Shown: piece by piece, positions 26,601 to 38,600 of the stretch | Position numbering within the stretch: position 1 is the stretch's first letter | Layout of the letters: every line of letters starts with the position of its first letter | Source: Mobula hypostoma | Taxonomy: Eukaryota | Direction of reading: 5' to 3' | Assembly: GCF_963921235.1 (NCBI RefSeq) | Contig: NC_086108.1 | Span: 95,172,001-95,236,000, forward strand | DNA: 64,000 nt | Made by a program: the position numbers and the translations under genes | Notes under the pieces: generated by a model | The model's database searches: none | What the model saw: the letters and a program-made list of their open reading frames with translations, nothing else | Told to the model about the DNA's origin: nothing

Positions 26601-29600
26601 ACATCTCCATTACTGAATTAACTCTCCTCAATGTCTCTTGAAAACCAAGGTTCCCTGAACCTGTTATCCTTGCCTTTTATTTTGACAGGAACATACAAGC
26701 TCTACTCTCAAAATTTCACTTTTGAAGGCCTCCCACTTACCAAGTACACCTTTGCCAGAAAACAACCTGTTCCCCAGATCCTTTCTGATATCATCAAAAT
26801 TGGCCTTTCTCCCACTTAGAATCTCAACCCAAGCACCAGACTTATCCTTTTCCATAATTATCTTGAAACTAATGGCCTTATGATCACTAGATGCAAAGTA
26901 TTCTGTCACAAACTTCTGTCACCTGCCATGTCTCATTCCCTAATAGGAGATCTAGCATCGCACTCTCTCTATTTGGGACTTCTATGTACTGATTAGGGAA
27001 ACATTCCTGAACATATTTAACAAACTCAATCCCATCCAGTCCTTTTACAGTACAGGAATCCCAGTCAATATGTGGGAAGTTTAAAATCTCCTACTATCAC
27101 AACCATATGTTACTTGCAACAGTCTGCGGTCTCTCTACAAGTTTGCTCCTCTAAATCCTGTGGACTGTTGGGTGGTCTATAATATCCTATTAAAGTGGTC
27201 ATACCTTTTCTATTCCACAGTTCTAGCCATACAGCCTCACTGGATGAGCTCTTCAGTCTGTCCTGATTGAGCATTGCCGTGACATTTCCTCTGACTAGTA
27301 ATACCACCTTTCCCCCTTTAATCCCTCCCATTCTATCACATCTAAAACAACAAAGCCCCTGAATACTGAGCTACCATCCTGCCCCTCCTGCAACTAAGTC
27401 TCACTCACAGCTACATTGTCATAATTGCACATGCCGATCTATGCCCGAAGCTCACCTGCCTTTTCCACAGTATATATTGAAATATACGCAGCTCAGATCA
27501 CTCGTCCCATCACCTTTCAGTTCCTGACCTTGTATGTAGGTTTAACAACATCTTTCTCCACAACTACTCCATTATCTGTCTGGCATTCTGGTTCCTATTC
27601 CCATGCAACTCTAGTTTAACCCCCCATGCGGCACTAACAATCCTTCCCACTAGAATATTATTCCCCTCCAGTTCTGGTGCAAAACATCCCTTCTGTACAG
27701 GTCCCACCTTCCCTGTAAGAGAGTCCAAAGATCTAAAAATCTGAAGTCCTCTCTGCTACACCAACTACTTAGTTACATTTTAGGCAACACTAGCATATGG
27801 CATGGGTAGCAGTCCCGAGTGCACAACCCTGGAGGTCCTGTCCTTAACTTAGCAACTAACTCCCTGAACTCACTTTGCAGGATCTCATCATCTCTCCTAC
27901 CCATGTCTTTGGTATCACCATGGACCATGACTTCTGGCTGCTCTCCCTCGCACAGTAGAGTGCTGTGGACTCGATCTGAGATGTCGCTGACCCTGGCACC
28001 CAGGAGGCAACATACCATCCGGGAATCTTGTTCTTATCCACAGAACTTTCTTTGTTTTCCCCTTAACAACAAATCCTCTATCATCCCTGCCTCTTATTTC
28101 TTCCCTCCTCCCTCCCCCCCCACTTCCTTTTTGAACCATAGAACCAGACTCAGTGCCAGAGATCTGACCACTGTGGTTTTCCTCTGATAGATTATCTCTC
28201 CCCCTCCTCCTCCCCCCAACAAGATCCAAACCTATTGTTGAGGGGAATGGCCACAGGGGTACTCTGCACTGGCCCTTTCCCCCCACCTGATGGACACCTT
28301 TAGAGTCACAGAGCTGTACAATATGGAAACAAGCCCTTTGTCCTGCACCTTGGGCATAGCTACCTCCCTGTATGTTTTGTCAATCAACCCCTCAGCCTCC
28401 CAAATGATCTGGTGTTCATCCAGTTCCAACTTTGAACTCCTTGTATGTTGGAGCCAGAAGCTGCAGCTGGATGTGCTTCTTGCAGATATTGTTATCAGGG
28501 ACCCAGAAGTCTTCCTGCTTTCCCACATCCTGTAAGAGAAGTATTCTAGTATCCTGACATCCCCACTGCTCTAAATGTGCAATAAGAATAAAGAAAGAAT
28601 AACTAACAAAAAAAATCTACCTACAGCCTGTGCCTGTCTTCACCCAAGTCTCAATGCACCATAGCCTCAACTCCCCACTCCAGCAATGGCTGCTCAGCTT
28701 AAACCTAACATTCTTTTTATTGATTCTTGCCGTGCCTAATTACGCACCATCCAACGTCACTTTGGGACTGTGGTGTGCAATGTGCCGACTGCCCCCACTT
28801 GCTTCTTTTCATCTCCCTCTCCCTCTCCCTCTCCCTCTCCCTCTCCCTCTCCCTCTCCCTCTCCCTCTCCCTCCCCCTCCCCCTCCCCCTCCCCCTCTCC
28901 CTCTCCCTCTCCCTCTCCCTCTCCCTCCCCCTCCCCCTCCCCCTCCCCCTCCCCCTCCCCAATCCAGTGTCCCCTCGGGACCATGACATGAGAAATGCCA
29001 AAAATTCTCTTTTGCACTTTTTTTTAGTATAACTTACAGGAATTTTTATGTCTTGCTCTGTACTGATGCTGTAAAACAACAATTTTATGACATGATGATA
29101 AATCTGATTCTGATCGAGTTACTATATGACTCTGTTTTGTTTTCCTGCTCAAGCCCATTCATGATCCATACCGCCACTAATACTTTATTCCAGGGGACAC
29201 TTTTGCTAACCAGCCTAGTGTCTGGGATTATGTCAAATATTTTCTGAAAAGACAAGATTCTCTTTATTCATCCTTTCTTTCTCATACTGAAAGATTTCAT
29301 ATGGGTTCTCAAACACAATTTGCCTTTAACACATCTGGGCTGGCTTTCCATTATTAATTTAGACACCTCTTCAAATGTCTATATTTCTCTTGAATAGTGT
29401 TGCTAAAGTCAAATCTGATGAGTTAGGCATGTCTATTCAAACTTTTTTAAACAAATGTTTTGAACAACTGTTGCCATTTTCAGTCCTCTGTCCTTTCCCT
29501 TTAGAGTCAGAGTTGCACGGCATGGAAGCAGGCCTTTTGGCCCACCGCATTGGTGCTAAGTTCTTTGTCCATCTACAGTGGTCCTGTATTAAGATGTACC

Positions 29601-32600
29601 CTTCTGCCCCTTTATCTTCTAAGTACCTGTCTAAATGCTTAAAAGTGGTGATTGTATCTGATTCTGCCACCTCCTCTACTGCTATGTTCAAGATCTTAAC
29701 CATTATATTTAAAACAGAGCTTTTCCTTCCTATCTTCTTTAAAACTCTTTCCTCTCAAGTTAAACATGGGTTCCCTTGTTTTTGAAATAATTACCATAGG
29801 AAAAAGATTCTGACTATATACCTTATGGCAGGGGTCCCCAACCTTGTTTGCACTGCGGACCAGTTTAATACGGACAATATTCTTGCAGACCGGCCGACTG
29901 GGGTGGTGGGGGGGTGTTCAGTTAGGGTTAAACTCACCTCAACATGCCTTTTATAATTAGGGTTGCCAACTTTCTCACTCCCAAATAAGGGACAAAAGTA
30001 GCAGTCAAATACAGGGCAGTGTTTACCCTGAGAAAGACTACCATGACCATGAAGCCTTGCATGGGCACCTGTGTGCACATGCATATGTGACTTGCGTATG
30101 CGTGTATGTGCTGATTTTTTTTTCCACAAATCAGTTTTGGCTTAATCTTCCCAACTGTACTGTACATACATTATTTTTACTTAATATAGGCTGTGTATTT
30201 ATCATATCATTCCTGCTTTTACTATATATATGTTAGTGTTATTTTAGGTTTTATGTGTTATTTGGTAGGTTATTTTTTGGGTCTGGGAATGCTCAAAAAT
30301 TTTTCCCATATAAATTAATGGTAATTGCTTCTTCGCTTTACGCCATTTCGGCACGAAAGGTTTCATAGGAACGCTGTACCTTAGCAGGGGAAGTACGGGA
30401 CAAGGGCAGTCCTGTATGGGACAAATCAATTTAGCCCAATATACGGGATGTCCCGGCAAATGTGGGACAGTTGGCAACCCTATGTTCAAGTTCAACAGTG
30501 TGTGACAGGGAATGAGGAAAGGTGCAGCTGACTCGTATCGTTTCCTCGCGGCCCGGTAGCACGTGCTTTGTGGCCCGGTGGTTGGGGACCGCTGCCTTAT
30601 GAAGTCATCGAGCACTGCTACACAGAAACAAGCCCTTCAGCCATCTAGTCCATGCTGAACTTCATCCCATTGGCCTGTACCTGGATCATAGCCATCCATA
30701 CCCCTCCCATTCATGTGCTTATCTAAAGTTCTCTTAAATGTTGCAACCAAACTCGCATGCACCATTTCCACTGGCAGCTTGCTCAACACTTGCACCATCC
30801 TCACTGTGCAGAAGTTACACCTTTCACCCTTAACTTGTGACCTCTAGTTCTCATCTCACCCAATCTCAGTGGAAAAAAGTCTGCTTGCATTTACCCTTTC
30901 TACACCCCTCATACTTTCATAATTTTATATAACTCCATCAGGTCACCCTTCAGTTTCATTTGCTCCATGGAAAGTCAGTCTGGCCTATCCAATCTCTCAC
31001 CATGACTAAGGTCCTCTGATCTTGGCAACATTCTGAAAGGTGACATTCATTTATAGAGGATTAAATGATGATAGTAAACACTTTTGTAACTCCACCCTCT
31101 CATCCCATTCAGACCAAGTGAGTTGTTTACTTTAAATGTAGCCAGACGTTTTGCTAGCACCTCCGTGAGCCTTCTCCTCACCAGCTATCACCACTGCAGT
31201 AAAACATTGTTAAACGAGTACCAGATAGACTTTGGTGTTGGACTGACAGATTTTCTGCACTATTTGATATTACAGTATTTAAACAGGCCTTCCCCAGATT
31301 ATGAGCACCTAACTTCTGGATACTCTGAATGAGTTCCCATAGTATAATTGAATTCAAAAGTGTGAAATATATGCACGTCCTCATTCCTGTGAATGGTAGA
31401 ACTAGTTTCTTCTCTCCACTTTTAATAACTTTTCCCTTTCTCCTGTGTGCTTTTGAAGCCATTCATTTCAATGCTGTGAAGATATGGTTACCATGAGTGA
31501 TTTTGTATATTTTCTGACTTGGGGACAAGATTCACTTAAGGGCGTCTCTAAAAATGGACCTTGGCCTATATATTAAACACCTTTAGTTTGACTTTTGTTA
31601 AGGTTTATGAGGTAGTAAAATTTCCAGTGGGTAGATAAGTTTAACGGGAGTGTGGGGAAGTAGAGTTCCATTGGGCCAGGTGCTGGATCATTGTGAAGCC
31701 CAAACAAAGGGATGGTAGACTTTTGAAGTTGTGCTCTACTTCCCCTTGCTACTCAGAATTTTTCAGCATCCTCTTCCTTGATCCAACAACACTTTCTTAT
31801 GGTCTGAAGTGAATGATTAAGCAAATTCTCCTAAGTACATTTCAAAATATTCTCTTCCTTTTCCTGTTACTCTAATATTATTTCAGACAACATTGGGGTA
31901 ATGAAGTCCCTAAAAACCACATGTATATCATGCTTGCATTTTCTTGCTTGTCTTTGGGGAAAAATGTTCCCTGAGCTGCTTGCTGGCTGGAACATAACCA
32001 GGCCTCAAGCCACAGCCCTCATCACCATATTTGAATATGCTGCCACACAGGGGTCCTCGTGATCTGTGTGTCAGCATATTCAAATATGGTGATAAAGGGG
32101 TTCACAGGAGTTTAGACTACTTGAGGAGGGACAAATTAAATGCACATATCATACACATCTGTGCATATTCTTCATTCACTTCATGATGGGTGGGGTGGGT
32201 GTGCAGCAGGTTGGACAAGACTCACTGCTGATATGCACATGCATCTTTTTGTTACCTTAACTATTTGGAGAACTGACTTATGTGCTATATAACAATGGGC
32301 ACTATAATGCACTCTAACTTGTTTCACAGGTGATTCCATTATATTCATAAAAATCAAGAAAGATTAAGGTTGGCTTTATTTGGCATCAAAGCATACAGTG
32401 AAATGGTTGTTGACGCAAAACGACGCATCACAGTCTGAGAATGGACTGTGGCCAGCTCCCAAGTGTCACCTTGCTTCAGGGGCCAACGTAGCTTGCCACA
32501 ACTTACTAACCCTAACCTGTTCTCCTTTGGAATGTGGGAGGAAACCCACATGGAGAACATGCAAACTTCATATAGACAGAGGTGGTAATTGAACCTGAGT

Positions 32601-35600
32601 CTTTGGTGCTGTGAAGCATTATTCTAACTGCTATGTTACCATGCAATCCATGTAATTTTAGTTTGGAGGGGAACTTATGATTCTAATTTTGCAAGACTGT
32701 GCAAGAACTTGTCAAAGTGAAACTTTGCCATCCTTGCCTAGTGACTGCATTATATGATTGAAAGGACCATTTACTTTGGGATAAATTTTTAAAAAGTTAA
32801 GCATTTAGGCCTTGATAAGTGAAACATGGTTTCTTGCATTAAGTTAGGTATAATCGTTAGATATTATTATTGAAGTAGTGAAATGGATTCAGCTGTGGCT
32901 GGATGGGAGACGCCAGAGAGTAGTGTTTGTCAGATTGGAGGCCGGTGTCTCGTGGTGTGCCTCAGGGATCACTGGGTCCAGTGTTGTTTGTGATATACAT
33001 TAATGATCTGGATGATGGGGTGCTAAATTGGATTAGTAAGTATGCAGGTGATACTAAGATAGGTGGAGTTGTGGATAATGAAGTAGGTTTTCAAAGCTTG
33101 CAGAGAGATTTAGGCCAGTTAGAAGAGTGGGCTGAAAGATGGCAGATGGAGTGTAATGCTGATAAATGTGAGGTGCTACATTTTGGTAGGACTAATCAAA
33201 ATAGGACATACATGGTAAATGGTAGGGCATTGAAGAATACAGTAGAACAGAGGGATCTAGGAATAATGGTGCATAGTTCCCTGAAGGTGGAATCTCATGT
33301 GGATAGGGTGGTGAAGAAAGCTTTTGGTATGCTGGCCTTTATAAATCAAAGTATTAAATATAGGAGTTGGGATGTAATGTTGAAATTGTACAAAGCATTG
33401 GTAAGGCCAAATTTGTAGTATTGTGTACAGTCCTGGTCACCGAATTATAGGAAAGATGTCAACAAAATAGAGAAAGTACAGAGAAGATTTACTAGAATGT
33501 TACCTGGGTTTCATCACCTAAGTTACAGAGAAAGGTTGAACAAGTTAGGTCTTTATTCTTTGGAGCGTAGAAGGTTGAGGGGGGGACTTGATAGAGGTAT
33601 TTAAAATTATGAGGAGGATAGATAGAGTTGATGTGGATAGGCTTTTTCCATTGAGAGTGGGGGAGATTCAAACAAGAGGACATAAGTTGAGAGTTAAAGG
33701 GCAAAAGTTTAGGGGTAACATGAGGGGGAACTTCTTTACTCAGAGAAAGTGTGGCTGTGTGCAACGAGCTTCCAGCAGAAGTGGTTGAGGCAGGTTCGAT
33801 GTTGTCATTTAAAGTTAAATAGGATAGATATATGGACAGGAAAGGAATGGAGGGTTATCGGCTGAGTGCAGGTCAGTGGGACTAGGTGAGAGTAAGAGTT
33901 TGGCATGGACTAGAAGGGCCGAGATGGCCTGTTTGCGTGCTGTAGTTGTTATATGGTTGTATGGATATAAGTGATTTGCCTCATCAGGGAGTGTTTCTCG
34001 AAGTATTTGCAAATCATAGTTCTGTGCTAACCTCAGCAGGTGTCTTAACCGCAAATTGCCACCAGTGTTATTGATGTAACCATAATAGATGCCCATCCTA
34101 TTTGGATGTGCCTTTTGCTACTTATCTGCAGCAAAATGAAATCCTGCCTTTGTCATTATCTTTACATCTTGGTGAAGAATTTAATCTTTTAATGTACAAC
34201 TGAGTTATCCTGGAAGCTGCAAACATCAGTGGTGGGTTTTAGACGTCAAAGATACTTATACTGATCACACACGAATTGCTGAAGGAACTCAACAGGTCAG
34301 GTAGCATCTATGGAGAGGAACACATCAGTCCTGACTTGCTGAGTTCTAGCATTTTATGTATATTACCCTGGATATCCAGCAGCTGCAAAATCTCACGTGT
34401 TTATAGTATTGGTGGACTTGTTGACAAGTCATGTATTTATATTAGTGATCAGTAACACCTGTTAATATAAGGGGACAGTGGTTTGCAGCTGAAACAAACA
34501 GATGTGTTGACACTATTTCTGTACATTTCAGGAACTTGTTCGAAAAGGGATTCCTCATCATTTCCGAGCTATTGTGTGGCAATTACTATGCAATGCACAA
34601 AATATGCCCATCAAAGATCAATATTCAGAGCTTTTGAAAATGACCTCACCATGTGAAAAACTTATAAGGCGAGACATTGCAAGAACGTACCCAGAACATG
34701 ATTTTTTTAAAGAAAAAGACAGTCTAGGACAAGAAGTTTTATTCAATGTGATGAAGGTAAATCTATCATTTGATTTTTTTTCCTTTAGATGTGCAGCCTC
34801 TTTATTTTCAAGTTTATAATCTGGAAAATATGTAGGTGAAATTATTTTGGTATCAAATTTAACAAGATTCACTTGGATGCAAATGAAGCTGCCTCTGTGT
34901 TGGTCTCAGTGCAATTATCAGCTTAATGCCAAATTCTTGGTGCCTGTGCAGTATCAAGTGATGCCCATCATAAATGATGATGTAACTCCCCATGTAATTT
35001 GCCTGATATCCTTATGGCTGAATGAACTTGGAATGCATGTAACCCAGTACACATTTTTAGATTTGTTTATTGGTTCATTGTTGTCACATGTTCAGTGAAA
35101 AGCTTGTTTTGCAGCCTGATCAAACCATTACAGTATTGAGGTAGAATAAGATAAAACAATAACAATGCAAAAGGAAGTGTAAAAGCCACTTTAGGTAAAG
35201 TCTCCTTTACCTAAGGAGTTAGATTGTGAGCTCAAGAATCCATCTTATCATATGAAGTACATTCAGGAAACTGGTAATAGTGGGATAGAAGTTGAGATTT
35301 GTGGTATGTGCCTTCAGGCATTTATATCTTCTACCCAGTGGGAAAGAGGAGAAGAGTCTGGTGTGGCTGTTGTCTATATTTCTCACTGCCTCAGTAAAGC
35401 AACCAGCATAATCAGAGTCAATAGAGGGGAGGCTGGTTCCCATGGTGTACTGAGCTGTGTTCGCAACTCTCTGCAGTATATTGTAGTCACTCTCAGAGCA
35501 GTAGCCATTCCAAGATGTTATACATCCAGACAGAATACTTTCTGTGATGATACCTCATATAACAATTGATAGGAGTTGACAGGAATGTGCCAAATTTCTT

Positions 35601-38600
35601 TAGCCTTTTGAGGAAGTAGAAGCATTGTTGAGCTTTCTTGGCCATGACATCAACATGGTTGAACTAGGACAGCCTGTTGGTGAAATTCACCCGTAGGAAC
35701 TTTAAGTTCTCAGCCCACTGAACCTTAACACTGTTGATGTAACACAAACAAAATGCCGGGGGAATGCCAGAGGAAGTGCCTGGCCTGCTGAGTTCCACCA
35801 GCATTTTGTTTGTGCTGCTTGGATTTCCAGCATCTGCAGATTTTCTCTTCTTTGTCACTATTGATGTAGACAGGATTATGTGCACTGAACCCACCCACCC
35901 CCGTACGCCACTGTTTTGGAAGTCAGTGATCAGCTCTGTTATTGAACCGTGTCACTTTATTGAGTGACAACACTCACTTGGCCCTTTTCAAAGGTGAAAG
36001 GGAGATTGGGAGTGATATGTTCCTTATTAAAATGTGGCAATATCATGAGTTCTGTTTGTTCTCTATAATTGACATCTCTGGTTCATCAACAAGCCTCAAG
36101 AATCTGGCAAAATTTAAAGACTCTTGAGTGTTTACTCTATTTTGCATTTTGCTTATTAACTTGTATGATTAAAATCTTAATAATTTCAACTTGCTTGGCT
36201 AACTCCATATGGTTGATACCAAGATCAGCCCAGGTCAAAGTGAGCAGGTTGACAGATTTCAAAATTCACCTGTTCTAAAATTTTTGTAATTTTAATAAAA
36301 ACAGCTCTTGTAGCTTTAGAGTAGTTATTTTGAGGTTAATATCAGGGAAACCTGTCAATTTCCCTACCTCCTGAATTATATACCCTTGTTTTATTTCTCA
36401 AATTGGTGGTCAAAAAAGTTGTAAAGTCGGTAAAATGGATAGTTGTTTTGCTGTTGCTCATTTTGTGTCCCAGAAAGTTGAATTTTCTCTTTGTATAGAA
36501 ATCTTCAACCAATGAAGTGAATTTCTGTCTGATTCATGATCAGAAATGTAGCTGTCTTGTGAGCACTACTTTTGTTTTTTTTTTGAGATTTGGGCATCAC
36601 TGACAAAGCCTGCATTTATTTTCATACCTAACTGCTGTTGAAAAGGTAATGCTGAATCACTACTTTGAACCACTGCAAACTACTGTGTTAAAGTAATCTC
36701 CAGCTTGTTTGGGAGGGAAATCTAGAGTTTAGAGCTAGTCGTGGTAATGGAATACTGGTAATTTTCAATTCAATATGATATGCAATTTGGAGGGCACCAC
36801 ACAAGTTATTGGATTTTCCATGCTAGAAGTCAGAGTTTGTGAGGTTCTGTCAGAGCACACTAGGTGAGTAACTGCAATGTTTAATCATATCTTTACCACC
36901 TTTGCACTTGTTTTTTAAGTGAAAAGTAACAAAATATTCTACCACGAAAAACTGGCGGCAGCTGAAGAGACAGCAGACAGCTCAGAGAGATGGCACCAGG
37001 GGCAGTCAGGGCTAGCAACTCGAGCTGCTGCTTCTGTGAAGAGAAACCTGTCAGAGCTACAGAACGCTGTAAAGAAGTATGCCCCCAGGAGAGCCCGAGA
37101 GGAGGGAGAATGAGAACTCTGACCGGATGGACCTATGGATGAAGACCTTTGCTAACAATCAACTGACTACAAACAGGGAATCTGTCTGCCCCAGAGTTCG
37201 TAAGAATGTGCACGGTCTGAGGATCCACCAGACCGAGATGAGCTGTTTGAGCAAGGAACAACAGGTACAGTGCACAGGGATCACCCCTGGGGAGGTGCAG
37301 GAGGAGTCAGGTCCGGAGTCACCCCACAGTGCCCAGAACCTCCGTGTACCCAAAACCCCAAGCTTAACCATAGCATCAGAGCAATGCCAGGTGAAGTGGC
37401 CTCCAGCATGCAAGGAGGATGAGTGCCATTAGTTTAATGATGACTTGGGCAAGATACTTGATGCTTCAGGAAGGGCTGCAGACAGAAGGCTCAAGTTCAT
37501 GCCAGCAATCATCATCAGTTTCACAGTGGAGAGGTGTGGCATGGAGAAGTATCGGGCGATCGCATCCTATGCAATGAACCAGAGGGCCAACGATCAGCCA
37601 GTTGAGACAGGAGCTGAGGTCACTTAAATGGCAGTTCAAGGAGGTAGCAGAGGAGGAGAAGGAGGCACTGCAGGAGCTTTATAACATCATGAGGGAGAAG
37701 CTCCTCGCCCTCTGCAGGGCAGAATGGCACAGACGATGCAGAAGGGAGAGGGCTACCTTCATAGCTGATCCATTTAGCTTCACTAAGAAGCTTCTTGGAC
37801 AAAAGTGGAGTGGACACCTATCTTGTCCAAAAGAGAAGATTGATCAGCATCTCTAGGACACTATGCAGATGCAACCCGGAAGCAAGACTTGGGAGCGTGC
37901 AGGGATCTGTTAAGTCCACCAGCACCTACCACTGAGTTCAACAGCAAGGAGCCCAACTTGAAAGAGGTCCAAGAAATAGTAAGAACAGCTAGGGCAAGCT
38001 TAGCACCTGGACTAAGTGGAGTACCATACAAGATATAAAAGTGGTGTCCCAAATTTCTGTACAGACTGTGGAGGATCCTTGGGGTGGTTTGAAGGAGAGG
38101 GAGAGTGTCCCACCAATGGATATTTGCAGACGGTGTCTGGATTGCCAAACAAAACTCCAAGATCATCAACCAGCTTCAAGTCATCTCACTGCTCAGCACT
38201 TAAGAGAAGATATTTTTCAGTGTCATTGCCTGACATCTAACGGAGCACCTCCTGAAGAATCATTACATTGACATCTCAGTGCAGAAGGGCGGGATAGCGT
38301 GGGTTTCAGGGTGCTTAGAGCACACAGGAGTGATCTCTCAGTTGATCAGAGAAGCACAGGAAGGCAAAGGAGATCTCTGAGCTCAGGCTGGACCTCACAA
38401 TTGCATGTGGTTCCATACTGCATAGGCTGGTTGCAGTCGCCCTCGAGTGCCACCATGTCCCATTTAGGACCAGAGAACTCATTCTGGACTACTACAGTAA
38501 TTTCAGTCTAAGAGACACCTCTGGGCAGTCACATCTGATTGGCATCATCTTGAGAAAGGGATCATAGCAGGGTGTACAGTGTCTATGATCATCTTCTCCT

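Noticed and set aside
28630..29082. Several ORFs with Pro-Leu, Ser-Pro, Gly-Glu or Arg-Glu repeats
   Set aside because: All are readings of the hexamer microsatellite.
36940..37110. HDV-like ribozyme at the 5' end of the Hero-like element
   Set aside because: Plausible from R2-group biology, but I could not assemble the nested double pseudoknot by eye.
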